64,000 bases of DNA from an uncultured Anaerolineae bacterium (GTDB taxonomy: Bacteria; Chloroflexota; Anaerolineae; Aggregatilineales; Ch27). The number at the start of each line of letters is the position of its first letter. Within the stretch, counting starts at the first letter, position 1. The notes under the pieces were generated by a model. That model did not search any database and was not told the origin of the DNA. It saw only the letters and a list, made by a program, of their open reading frames with translations. Both the position numbers and the translations under genes were made by a program. Of this stretch, positions 1-9,105 are shown one piece after another. The stretch is taken from the NCBI GenBank assembly GCA_964529715.1, contig CAZGXI010000009.1, positions 20,349 to 84,348 on the forward strand, written 5' to 3'.

Positions 1-1
1 T

Positions 2-2398
2 GCTCAGACTCCGGCGCACATCATCGATCATCATCCCCCACGTGATCCGTTACCTTCGCACCACACGTTTTCCGGCGAACCGCTCGGCGCAACGACCACG
101 CTGCTGGTCGAGCAGATTCGCGCTGCCGATCTCAGCCTCGCGCCACTTGAGGCGACGCTGCTTGCACTCGGCATTTACGAGGACACTGGCTCGTTGCTCT
201 ACGGCACAACAACTGCGCGCGACATCGCAGCGGCGGCGTGGCTGGTGGAGCAGGGGGCCGACCTGGATGTAGTCCGCCGCTTTTTGCAGCAGCCGTTGAA
301 TGAAGGTCAGCAGCGTCTTTATGACTTGCTGCTGACCGATCTGGTGGTGCGCGAGATTCACGGCCACGCGGTGGTCATCGCCGCGGCGCGCCTGGACGGA
401 AATGTCGATCAGGTCGCTACCGTTGCCCATAAGCTGCGTGATACTCTGGACCCCAGCGCGCTCTTTGTGTTGGTCCAAATGGGGTCGCGTCTCCAGGTGG
501 TGGCGCGCAGTACGGTGGACGAAATCGATGTCGGGCGTATCCTCAGACGGCTGGGCGGCGGCGGTCATGGGCGCGCCGCGGCGGCTCTGATCGAAACGGG
601 CGACCTAGATGAAACCCGCGCGCAGTTGGAGACGTTGCTGGAAACGATGATCCAGCCTATGGTGAAGGTGGCTGATTTGATGTCCCGGCGCATCAAGACC
701 ATTGCAGCCGACGAGCCAATCCGCGCGGCGGCCCGTCTGATGAACCGGACCGGCCACGAGGGGTATCCCGTGTTGAATGGCAGGGAACTGGTGGGACTGC
801 TAACGCGCCGTAGCGTGGACCGGGCCATGTCGCATAACATGGGCGATCAGCCCGTGTCGCAGATCATGGAGAGCGGGCGCGTAGTCGTCCATCCGAACGA
901 CTCGCTGCACTATTTACAGCAGCAGATGATGCGCTCCGGCTGGGGACAGATTCCGGTCGTCGATGACGAGGGCACCCTGGTCGGCATTGTCACCCGCACC
1001 GATTTGATCAATCGCTGGGGACAGCCCGCCGATGGCGCCGTGCGCCGCGCGGAGATCGTCCGGCGGCTGGAACGGGCGTTGTCTCCGGCCTTGTGGGCGT
1101 TGCTGCGGGGCGTTAGCCAGCAGGCACAACAGATGGGCCTGGGGTTGTACGGCGTGGGCGGATTCGTGCGCGATCTGCTGCTGGCCCGCCCGAACGCGGA
1201 CATCGATTTGGTCGTCGAAGGCGATGCCATTGCGTTGGTCCAGGCGTTGGTAGCTCGCTATGGCGGCTCGATGCGCAAACACACCCAATTCGGCACGGCG
1301 ACATGGCTATTGGACGGGCAGGTGGCCCAGGCGTTTGGCGGTCCGACGGGGGATTGGCCCACGACACTGGATTTTGTCACGGCGCGCGCCGAATTTTATG
1401 AGACCCCTACGGCCTTGCCGACCGTCACCCAGGGGTCGATCAAACTGGACCTGCATCGGCGCGATTTCAGCATCAACACGCTGGCGATCCGTTTGTCGCC
1501 GGAACCGCTGGGCCAACTGCTCGATTTTTGGGGCGGCGAGCGCGACCTGCAAGACGGCATGATCCGCGTGTTGCACAGCCTGAGCTTCATCGACGATCCC
1601 ACGCGCATCCTGCGTGCGGCGCGCTTCGAGCAACGATTTGGCTTTCGTATTGAGGCGCGTACCCTGAGCCTGATTGAGCGCGCCCTGCCGCTGCTGGACC
1701 GCGTAAGCGGCCCGCGCCTCAAGCACGAGATCGAACTGATTTTGCGCGAGGAGCGCCCGGAGCGCGTCTTCGGACGACTGCAAACGTTGGGCGTGCTGGC
1801 CCATCTCAGTCCCCAGATCGTAGTGGACGATTGGTTTTATGCAGCCTTTGAAGCTGTCCGTTACCTCCGGCAGACGCTACCCTGGCCCGGCTTAGAGACA
1901 ATTGTGGAGCAGAAGGATGGGTGGTCACTGCCTTTCTTCGTTGTGTTGATCTGTCGCTTTGATCCGGCAGAGGCCGAACGTCTGGGGCGTCGCCTTCAAG
2001 TGCGGCGGCCAACACTGGAGGAGATGCTATCTGGTGTGCGCAGCTACCGGGAGATCGTCCCGGCGTTGCAAGCGCAGCCTCGTCCCAGCCAGGTTGTGCG
2101 GTTACTGCACGGCCTGACGCCATCCGAGTTGGCTGTCGCCTGGGCGATTGCCCCCACCCAGCCCGTCCGGGCGCAGATTGTACACTATGCGTCGGTCTGG
2201 CAGGCGGTCCGCCCGACCATGACGCACGAAGAAATCCGCGCCCTGGGGATCGTTCCTGGTCCGGCCTACGGGCGGTTGCTGCGCCGTCTGCGTGACGCCT
2301 GGCTTGACGGCGAGGTGCAGTCAGCTGCGGAAGAGCGCGCTCTGGCGGCGCGCCTGGTTGCTGAGGGGTGGGAAACGGATGGCGGGTCGGATGGCTGA
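2..2398 (+). CDS. DHH/DHHA1 phosphoesterase - CBS pair - poly(A) polymerase/CCA-adding nucleotidyltransferase family fusion protein (5' end lies outside window)
   Basis: The frame of ORF 194..2398 (TTG at 194) stays open back to base 2 (AQTPAHIIDHH...). Motifs: DHH (IIDHH), DHHA1 (GGGGH), two CBS-like segments, then PolyA_pol head (GVGGFVRDLLL, DIDLVVEG, RRDFSINTLA). Confidence 0.8.
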   Translation, partial: AQTPAHIIDHHPPRDPLPSHHTFSGEPLGATTTLLVEQIRAADLSLAPLEATLLALGIYEDTGSLLYGTTTARDIAAAAWLVEQGADLDVVRRFLQQPLNEGQQRLYDLLLTDLVVREIHGHAVVIAAARLDGNVDQVATVAHKLRDTLDPSALFVLVQMGSRLQVVARSTVDEIDVGRILRRLGGGGHGRAAAALIETGDLDETRAQLETLLETMIQPMVKVADLMSRRIKTIAADEPIRAAARLMNRTGHEGYPVLNGRELVGLLTRRSVDRAMSHNMGDQPVSQIMESGRVVVHPNDSLHYLQQQMMRSGWGQIPVVDDEGTLVGIVTRTDLINRWGQPADGAVRRAEIVRRLERALSPALWALLRGVSQQAQQMGLGLYGVGGFVRDLLLARPNADIDLVVEGDAIALVQALVARYGGSMRKHTQFGTATWLLDGQVAQAFGGPTGDWPTTLDFVTARAEFYETPTALPTVTQGSIKLDLHRRDFSINTLAIRLSPEPLGQLLDFWGGERDLQDGMIRVLHSLSFIDDPTRILRAARFEQRFGFRIEARTLSLIERALPLLDRVSGPRLKHEIELILREERPERVFGRLQTLGVLAHLSPQIVVDDWFYAAFEAVRYLRQTLPWPGLETIVEQKDGWSLPFFVVLICRFDPAEAERLGRRLQVRRPTLEEMLSGVRSYREIVPALQAQPRPSQVVRLLHGLTPSELAVAWAIAPTQPVRAQIVHYASVWQAVRPTMTHEEIRALGIVPGPAYGRLLRRLRDAWLDGEVQSAAEERALAARLVAEGWETDGGSDG

Positions 2399-2906
2399 GA
2401 GGTTGACACTTCACCTGGATGTGGTTTTTCGCCCGGCCCGCCTGGACGACCTTCCGAAATTAGAGTGGTTCGGCCAGTATGCGCGTTACCGGCGGTTGTT
2501 TCGCCGCACCTTCGACGAGCAGCAGCGCGGTTTACGCCTGATGCTCCTGGCCGAAGTGAGGGACTTTCCAGTTGGACAGGTATTTATCCACTTTTCTGAT
2601 CGGGAGTGTCGGCGCGGACAGACCGATGCGCGCGGCTATCTGTATGCGCTGCGCGTGCTGGAACCTTTTCAGGGACAGGGCATCGGGTCGCGCTTGATCG
2701 CGGAGGCCGAACAGGTGTTGCGCGCGCGCGGCTACCGCCGGGCAGTCATCGCAGCTGCCAAAGGAAACGAGCGCGCCCGACGGCTTTACGAGCGTTTGGG
2801 TTATGCTGTCTATGCCGAAGATACGGGCGACTGGGATTTTGTGGACGATCAGGGCCGGGTGCAGCACGTCCACGAACCGGCCTGGATGATGCAAAAGCAG
2901 TTGTGA
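2379..2906 (+). CDS. GNAT family N-acetyltransferase
   Basis: Acetyl-CoA motif FQGQGIGSRLIAEAE...RRLYERLGY. ATG at 2379 (alternative ATG at 2391) overlaps the upstream stop at 2396-2398. The ORF-track start at 2292 lies inside the upstream gene. Confidence 0.75.
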   Translation: MAGRMAERLTLHLDVVFRPARLDDLPKLEWFGQYARYRRLFRRTFDEQQRGLRLMLLAEVRDFPVGQVFIHFSDRECRRGQTDARGYLYALRVLEPFQGQGIGSRLIAEAEQVLRARGYRRAVIAAAKGNERARRLYERLGYAVYAEDTGDWDFVDDQGRVQHVHEPAWMMQKQL

Positions 2907-2947
2907 CTGCACGTTGTCGAGAAGCTCGTTGGGGAAAAGAGGGTGAC

Positions 2948-3454
2948 ATGCGCAAGCGCCCGTTTCGTCGTCGCCGGAGACCAGTAGTCCAGGAAGTTCC
3001 TCCACTCCTGGCCTCCGAAGAAGCGGATGAGCCAGTGGCGGTAGACGTTGCCGAAAGTGCCGAAGCTGATGCCGGCGCGGACGATCTACAGGTGCTCCGC
3101 CGCCCGCGCGAACGGCTGGCCGCGCGTTGGCGTGTGCTGCTCGTGATTTTGCTGTTGACCGCTGTCGGCGTGCTGGCGCTGACCGGCTTTATGGGCCAGC
3201 TTCCGGCGGACGTGATTGCACAGTGGCCCTGGCTACTGGTGGTGATCGGCGGCCTGGGGCTGCTGATCGGCGTCGTGACGGCCTGGCCATATGGGACGCT
3301 CGGTGGCCCACCGGTGCTGGCGGTGGGGGTGGTCGCGCTGTTGGATCGGTCGCTCGCCGATTCCTGGCCAATGACGCTGGCGGGCGCATTGCTGCTGGCG
3401 CTTGGCGCAGCAGTCATCTTGCGCGGCCTCACGATGCCCCGCGCACGGGCCTGA
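2948..3454 (+). CDS. hypothetical membrane protein (Arg-rich N-terminus, acidic segment, 3-4 TM helices)
   Basis: Internal ATG at 2948 of ORF 2606..3454 (MRKRPFRRRRRP...). Hydrophobic segments follow. No family recognised. An antisense ORF 2746..3567 competes. Confidence 0.45.
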   Translation: MRKRPFRRRRRPVVQEVPPLLASEEADEPVAVDVAESAEADAGADDLQVLRRPRERLAARWRVLLVILLLTAVGVLALTGFMGQLPADVIAQWPWLLVVIGGLGLLIGVVTAWPYGTLGGPPVLAVGVVALLDRSLADSWPMTLAGALLLALGAAVILRGLTMPRARA

Positions 3455-3481
3455 TCAACGGCGAAAGGATGTTGTCGCCGA

Positions 3482-4690
3482 TTAACGCAGCGTCGCCAAT
3501 GCCTGATCCAGGTCGGCGATGATGTCCTCAATGTCCTCGATGCCGACTGACAACCGCACCAGGCCATCGGTGATGCCCATCTTGACGCGATCTTCCGGCG
3601 CGGTTTTGAAATGCGTCATGCTGGCCGGATGCTGGATCAACGTGTCCACCGATCCTAGATTCGCTACCAGCGCGCACAGCCGTACGCGGTTCAGCAAAGA
3701 CACGCCGGCTGCGTAGCCATCCTTGAGTTCAAACGACAGCATTCCCCCGAAGGCGTCCATCTGCGCGTGGGCCAGCGCGTGCTGCGGGAAGGACTCCAGG
3801 CCAGGGTAATTCACTTGCGCAACGGCGGGGTGTGCTTCTAGATAGCGGGCGACGGCCAGCGCGTTTTCGCAGTGGCGGGCCATGCGCAGGTGCAGCGTCT
3901 TGAGGCCCTGTTCGGTCAGCCAGGCCTCCATCGGGCTGGCGACGCCGCCATAGTCAATCAGGTTGGGTTTGAGAACCTGCTGCCATAGCTCACCATCTGC
4001 CGTGATGATCGCACCGCCCGTTACGGCAGCGTGCCCAGAGAGATACTTGGTGGTGCTGTGTAAAACGATGTCTGCACCCAGTTCCAGCGGGCGCTGCAAG
4101 ATCGGTGTGGCGAAGGTGTTATCCACAATGAGCAGCGCGCCTGCGGCGTGCGTCCGTTCTGCCACGCCGCGAATGTCGGTGAGCGCCATCGTCGGATTGG
4201 CCGGGGATTCGACGTAGACCAGCTTCACCCGTGTGTTCCGCGCCAACGCAGCTTCAAGAGTTTTCAGGTCCGCCCCAGTGAATGTGTCATGGTGGACGCC
4301 GCGTCGGGGCAATTCGCGTTTCATCAGATTGAAGCTGGCGCCGTAGAGCGCCGTCTGGCTGATCACGGTGTCACCCGACGCAGTCAGCGCGAACAGGACG
4401 GTGCTTGTCGCCGCCATGCCGGAGGCGGTCAGCAGGCCATGAGGACGTTCCAGCAGGTTGATTCCTTCGAGGGCGGCGATCACTGCTGCTGCCGCCTCAG
4501 TGTTGGGATTGCCCCAGCGTCCGTAGATGTAACCGGACTCGTCGCCCCGGAAAAGCGCCTGCCCGTGTTCTACATTGTCGAAGCGATAGCCGGAAGTCAG
4601 ATAGATGGGGGTTGCCTGGGTACGAGTCTCGTTGACTTCGCGCCCGACGTGGATCGCCAGCGTTCCGGGGCCGGCGCGCCGCTTATTCAT
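3482..4690 (-). CDS. PLP-dependent Cys/Met-metabolism enzyme (methionine gamma-lyase / cystathionine gamma-synthase / O-acylhomoserine sulfhydrylase family)
   Basis: 402 aa. Motifs: GNPNT, VYVESPANPT, IVDNTFATP, and the PLP-lysine motif HSTTKYLSGH. Confidence 0.85.
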   Translation of the reverse strand: MNKRRAGPGTLAIHVGREVNETRTQATPIYLTSGYRFDNVEHGQALFRGDESGYIYGRWGNPNTEAAAAVIAALEGINLLERPHGLLTASGMAATSTVLFALTASGDTVISQTALYGASFNLMKRELPRRGVHHDTFTGADLKTLEAALARNTRVKLVYVESPANPTMALTDIRGVAERTHAAGALLIVDNTFATPILQRPLELGADIVLHSTTKYLSGHAAVTGGAIITADGELWQQVLKPNLIDYGGVASPMEAWLTEQGLKTLHLRMARHCENALAVARYLEAHPAVAQVNYPGLESFPQHALAHAQMDAFGGMLSFELKDGYAAGVSLLNRVRLCALVANLGSVDTLIQHPASMTHFKTAPEDRVKMGITDGLVRLSVGIEDIEDIIADLDQALATLR

Positions 4691-4776
4691 GAAAAGCCTC
4701 GATTCTGGTGCTCGCTCTGTGCCTTGCGGTTAAGACCTGCTCAGGGCATATACCCTGCCTGTCGCCGCGAATGGGT

Positions 4777-6150
4777 CTAGTATAGCATCCGGTCGATGGC
4801 TTCGGTCAACTGCGCCAGGTTGCGCACCTGATGTACCTCAGTGCACAGGGGGGCGTATTGGAGCATATCGCTGTCGCCTGTGCCCCACTGGGCGGGGTAT
4901 TCTGGGTTAAGCCAGATGAGGCGACGCGCCCGGCGGCTGATGCGGGTGAATGTGTCGATGGCCGGATCGTTGAAGTTGTTACGCCCATCCCCCAGCAGGA
5001 TCACCGTCGTGCGGCGGTCCACCGTGTCCATATAATCTGCCTCGAATTGCCGCAGGCTGTATCCCAAGTCGGTGCTGTAATAGCCTGGCGGTAGCCGCGT
5101 GAGTACCACATGCACGGCCTCGTCGATCCGCAGGGACTGCATGTCGGAGGTCACATCTTCCAGGTGATCGATGAAGGCGAAACTGCGCGTCTTTTGCACC
5201 TGATCCTGGAGTTCGTACAGCAGCCGCAAGAAAAATTCTGCAACCGGGCGCATAGACGTGCTTACGTCCAGGATGGCGATCAGCTTCGGTTTGAGCCGCC
5301 GCTGCTTGAGGTGCAGCTCAAACGGCACGCCGCCGTAGCGCAGGCTGGCGCGGATGGTCGTTTTGGCGTCCAGCTTGCCTTTTTTGCCGCGCTTCTGGCG
5401 CAGGGCAGCGCGGCTGCGCAGGTGGGCTGCCAGACGTCGCACCTGATCGCGCAGTGCATCCATTTCGGCTTGGCTCAGTGAGCTAAACGGGCGCTGCATC
5501 AGGTCGTGGAGTGGATGTCGTTTCTGGTGTTCCTCAATGATGTTGTCACGGATTTTTTGCCCGGCGAATTCGCCGAGTTGTTGTTCCAGGGATTCCTGGT
5601 TTTCTGCCACTTTTGCCTTTAACTGCTCGATAGTTTGTGGGTCCATGCCCTGCTCGGCCAGGATTTCCCACAGCATTTCCAACAGTTCTTGAAGCTGTTC
5701 CCAGCCGAGCAGTTGCCGCATCCGGCGCGCATATCGCTGCGCCTGGTAGGGCGAGGTGGCCTGATTCATCCCGGCCTGTTCTGCCAGGTTTTCCAGTTCT
5801 TCCTGGGTAGGGCCGCGCCCACTGAGTAGCCATTGCAGCAGTTGGCGCAGGTCACTTTGCAACTGTTGCAAGGCGTTACGCAACATCTGTTGCTGTTCAG
5901 GAGATAGTTCGGCCTGGAGGTCTTGCAGCGGTGGCGCACCCGTACCGAAGTAGAGCGGAAATAACTCCTCGAACGCCTCGAAACTGGCCGCGTCCTTGAT
6001 CAGTGTCGAACGCAGCCCTAACCGGAACAGGTTGCGGTCGGCGATGCCGGTGTGGGTGATGGCCCGCCAGGCGTCCTGACTCTCGGCTATCGAAACGCGC
6101 ACGCCGGCGGCCCGGAGCGCAGCGATGAATTTAGCGATGCGGTCTTCCAT
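4777..6150 (-). CDS. VWA domain protein, CoxE-like
   Basis: C-terminal VWA with MIDAS DxSxS (ILDVSTSM) and LLGDGRNN. Long helical Gln/Glu-rich N-terminal half. Start overlaps the 3' end of the upstream MoxR gene by 20 nt. Confidence 0.8.
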   Translation of the reverse strand: MEDRIAKFIAALRAAGVRVSIAESQDAWRAITHTGIADRNLFRLGLRSTLIKDAASFEAFEELFPLYFGTGAPPLQDLQAELSPEQQQMLRNALQQLQSDLRQLLQWLLSGRGPTQEELENLAEQAGMNQATSPYQAQRYARRMRQLLGWEQLQELLEMLWEILAEQGMDPQTIEQLKAKVAENQESLEQQLGEFAGQKIRDNIIEEHQKRHPLHDLMQRPFSSLSQAEMDALRDQVRRLAAHLRSRAALRQKRGKKGKLDAKTTIRASLRYGGVPFELHLKQRRLKPKLIAILDVSTSMRPVAEFFLRLLYELQDQVQKTRSFAFIDHLEDVTSDMQSLRIDEAVHVVLTRLPPGYYSTDLGYSLRQFEADYMDTVDRRTTVILLGDGRNNFNDPAIDTFTRISRRARRLIWLNPEYPAQWGTGDSDMLQYAPLCTEVHQVRNLAQLTEAIDRMLY

Positions 6151-7072
6151 GTCCGTTGCCTCCGAGGTTCAGCGCCCGCCGAGCGCGGGCCACGTCGGAC
6201 TCGTATTTGAGCAGGACGGTCAGGGTGTTTTCGAGTGTTTCTGCATCCAGGGAACGTGCATTGAGCGTCACCAGCGCGCGTGCCCAGTCCAGCGTCTCAC
6301 TGACGCTGGGATTCTTCTTGAGGTCCAGTTGGCGCAACGCTTGCACCGCCTCGACCGCCTGGCGGGCCAGCCTGGGAGCCAGTTCCGGCACTTTGATCTG
6401 CACGATGCGCAGTTCTTCTTCGGTGTTGGGGTAGTCGATGTAGATGTACAGGCAACGCCGCTTGAGCGCCTCACTCAATTCGCGGGTGTTATTGCTGGTG
6501 AGGAAGACCGTCGGCTGCTGTTTGGCGACGATGGTGCCCAGTTCGGGAATGCTCACCTGGAAGTCACTCAGCACTTCCAACAGAAAGGCTTCAAACTCGG
6601 CATCCGCGCGGTCGATCTCGTCAATCAGCAGCACCGTCGGACCGTCATTGTTGATGGCGCGCAGCAGCGGGCGTGGGAGCAGGAATCGCTCCGAAAAGAA
6701 CACGTCCTCTTCTGCCGCCAGCCGGTCGGCGGCCTCGGCCAGCGTTTGCGCATCGGAGAGTAAATCGGCTAGCTTGTCGCGCAGCAGTTGGGTATAGAGC
6801 ATCTGCTTGGCGTATTCCCACTCGTAAAGCGCCTTACTCTCGTCCAGTCCTTCATAGCACTGCATCCGCACCAGCTCGCGGCGCGTGGCAGCGGCCCACG
6901 CTTTGCTCAGCTCGGTCTTACCAACGCCCGCCGGCCCTTCGGTCAGTACAGGCTTGCCCAGCTTTTCGGCCAGGAAGATGGCCGTCGCAATTTCGTCGGT
7001 GGCGATGTATTTCTGTGCGGCCAGCGCATTCTTGACCGCATCGACGGATGGGAAAACAGGCGTTTGGAACAT
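6131..7072 (-). CDS. MoxR-class AAA+ ATPase (CoxD-like)
   Basis: Walker A GPAGVGKTE, Walker B LLIDEIDRA. The ATG at 7072 is preceded by GGAGAA (tcccc spacer). The ORF-track start at 7099 lacks an RBS. Confidence 0.85.
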   Translation of the reverse strand: MFQTPVFPSVDAVKNALAAQKYIATDEIATAIFLAEKLGKPVLTEGPAGVGKTELSKAWAAATRRELVRMQCYEGLDESKALYEWEYAKQMLYTQLLRDKLADLLSDAQTLAEAADRLAAEEDVFFSERFLLPRPLLRAINNDGPTVLLIDEIDRADAEFEAFLLEVLSDFQVSIPELGTIVAKQQPTVFLTSNNTRELSEALKRRCLYIYIDYPNTEEELRIVQIKVPELAPRLARQAVEAVQALRQLDLKKNPSVSETLDWARALVTLNARSLDAETLENTLTVLLKYESDVARARRALNLGGNGHGRPHR

Positions 7073-7166
7073 GGGGATTCTCCTGCCACGATAAACCATG
7101 ACGAGTAAACGCTACGACGGCCTTCTGCTTCTCTATCTTATCCGATAATGCCAGTATTGAAACTCT

Positions 7167-8222
7167 CTAAACCTGAGACTTGGGTGAGAAGCTCGACCGT
7201 GGGAAGGGTATGACAGGATGCCGCACGCGTACCGCCACGCGCTCTCCGACCGCGAAGGTGTCTTCCGGGCCGAGCCGGGCGACCAGCGGCGTGCCGTCCG
7301 TTAGGGTGACGCCGAGGCGCTGATCGTGGCCGTAAAATTCGCGCCATTGCACGGCAGCGATCGCTGCGCTGCCGTTGGCCGGGGTCAGGTGCAAAGATTC
7401 GGGGCGGATCAGGAGTTCGACTGGCCCGCGCGCGGACGTGGTCAGAGGAAGATGACCCAGAGAGCAACCTGCCCAAGCGCCGTCGGCATGGCCCGGCAGA
7501 AAGTTCGCCTCGCCCACGAAGGCCGCCACATCTCGACTGACCGGGTGATGATAAAGTTGCTGCGGGGACGCCATTTGTGCGATCTGCCCATCGAGCATGA
7601 CCGCTACCTCATCGGCCAGACTTAAGGCCTCTTCCTGATCATGGGTGACAAAGATGCAGGTTGTTCCCGCCGCTTTCAAAATGGACCGCACCTCGGTGCG
7701 TACCTGGAGACGCAGCGCCGCATCCAGGTTGGAGAAGGGTTCATCCAGCAACAGCACTGCCGGATGTGGTGCCAAAGCCCGCGCCAGCGCCACCCGCTGT
7801 TGCTGCCCACCGGAGAGTTCGTGTGGCATCCGGCGATCACAACCGGATAGCCCAACTAGTTCCAGGAGTTCGGCCACGCGCTGTCGCTTTTCGCGCGTTG
7901 TTCCGCGCAATCCGAAAGCCACATTGGCGGCTACGTCCAGATGATGAAACAGGGCGTACTCCTGAAAGACCATGCCCACCCGCCGGGCTTCCGGCGGAAC
8001 GCCGCGTCTCTGATCGGCAGCCCTCTGGCCGTTGATGCGAATGATACCGCCGTCCGGCTGCTCGAAGCCTGCAATCAGCCGCAGTAAGGTGGTCTTGCCG
8101 CAGCCGCTCGGTCCTAACAATGCCGCCAGGGTTCCCTGATACATGGTCAGATTCACCTGGCGGAGGACGACATGTCCGTCAAACGATTTGCTCAGGTCGG
8201 CACATTCAAGGGCAGCAGGCAT
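7167..8222 (-). CDS. ABC transporter ATP-binding protein, FbpC/PotA-like with C-terminal TOBE-like domain
   Basis: Walker A GPSGCGKTT, signature LSGGQQQRVALARAL, Walker B LLLDEPFS. Confidence 0.85.
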   Translation of the reverse strand: MPAALECADLSKSFDGHVVLRQVNLTMYQGTLAALLGPSGCGKTTLLRLIAGFEQPDGGIIRINGQRAADQRRGVPPEARRVGMVFQEYALFHHLDVAANVAFGLRGTTREKRQRVAELLELVGLSGCDRRMPHELSGGQQQRVALARALAPHPAVLLLDEPFSNLDAALRLQVRTEVRSILKAAGTTCIFVTHDQEEALSLADEVAVMLDGQIAQMASPQQLYHHPVSRDVAAFVGEANFLPGHADGAWAGCSLGHLPLTTSARGPVELLIRPESLHLTPANGSAAIAAVQWREFYGHDQRLGVTLTDGTPLVARLGPEDTFAVGERVAVRVRHPVIPFPRSSFSPKSQV

Positions 8223-8253
8223 CGGAGAGGTCTCGACGGGTGGTGTAGAGCGG

Positions 8254-9066
8254 CTACAGGCCGAGCCGGTATCCCAGTGCCACGAGTAGGACGGTCAGGA
8301 CACCGAAACCAAGTTCCTGGAAACCGATGGTCTTGGGCTTAGCCGGTCGGCGGTAGCGTGACAGGCCGTGAGCGGCCCGCACGGTCAGAATTCCCATAGC
8401 GATGACGGCCAGCGTCGGCGCAAGTCTGGCCCCGTTTAGGGCCAATGCAGCCAGCAGGCCCGCCAGGTGCGTCAGGAGCGCAGGGGCAATCGGCGCATCC
8501 GGTTGTTCACGCTCCAGACGTAGTCGGGCACGCACGTACAAGACTGCCGGGATCGCCCGTACTGCCAGCAGTGCCCACAACGCCAGTGCTGGGGCGAGCC
8601 TCCAGCCCCCTGCCAGTGCGATGCTGGCACCGAATGCAGCCAGGCCGGCCGGTCCGGTCAGTTCCGGCAGTACATGGCGGCTGTTATTGGTCAGATCAAA
8701 AGCCAGTTGGATCAGCATAGCCGGTGCGGCGATCAACAGCGGGAAGAGCATGTCACCGCTTCCTGCCAGTGCGATAGCCAGCACCAGCCCGGTGGCAGCT
8801 ATTCCGCCATACAGCAACACGAACCGTTCTGCCAGCCTGGTGCGCATATAGCGCCTGCCGCGCTGACGGTCGCCCCAAGCGAGCTTGAGCGGGTGACGCG
8901 CCAGGAACATGCCTATGGCAGATAGTGCCAGTGCCGCGCCTGCCGCCGATGGTGCGACGAGTAGCCCCAGCGCCAATGGCTCCACCAGAAAACTCCAGCC
9001 GCCGTGCTCGACCGGTAAAGCGACGGGCCGCAGGCGGACTGGAGGTGAGACAGGCATTGAATGCAT
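8254..9066 (-). CDS. polytopic membrane protein, YwiC-like (tentative)
   Basis: 270 aa, about 8 TM segments. The N-terminal motif PVEHGGWSFLVEPLALGL recalls the YwiC-like family. Embedded between the permease and ATPase genes. Confidence 0.5.
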   Translation of the reverse strand: MHSMPVSPPVRLRPVALPVEHGGWSFLVEPLALGLLVAPSAAGAALALSAIGMFLARHPLKLAWGDRQRGRRYMRTRLAERFVLLYGGIAATGLVLAIALAGSGDMLFPLLIAAPAMLIQLAFDLTNNSRHVLPELTGPAGLAAFGASIALAGGWRLAPALALWALLAVRAIPAVLYVRARLRLEREQPDAPIAPALLTHLAGLLAALALNGARLAPTLAVIAMGILTVRAAHGLSRYRRPAKPKTIGFQELGFGVLTVLLVALGYRLGL

Positions 9067-9105
9067 CGTGTAATGCCCTCCAAATGTTCTGCGCCGATCC
9101 TAATT

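Noticed and set aside
4691-4776. Possible SAM/Met riboswitch in the 86-nt leader of the PLP Cys/Met enzyme
   Set aside because: It is too short for SAM-I. I could not find the conserved SAM-I, SAM-II or S-box core sequences. Only a simple hairpin (CAGGGTATATGCCCTG) is present.
4777-7072. Interpreting the MoxR-VWA pair as an NTP-dependent anti-phage conflict system
   Set aside because: There is no associated effector, beta-propeller or other third component, and no island-like context. The CoxD/CoxE-like chaperone interpretation is more parsimonious, so it is listed only as an orphan pair.
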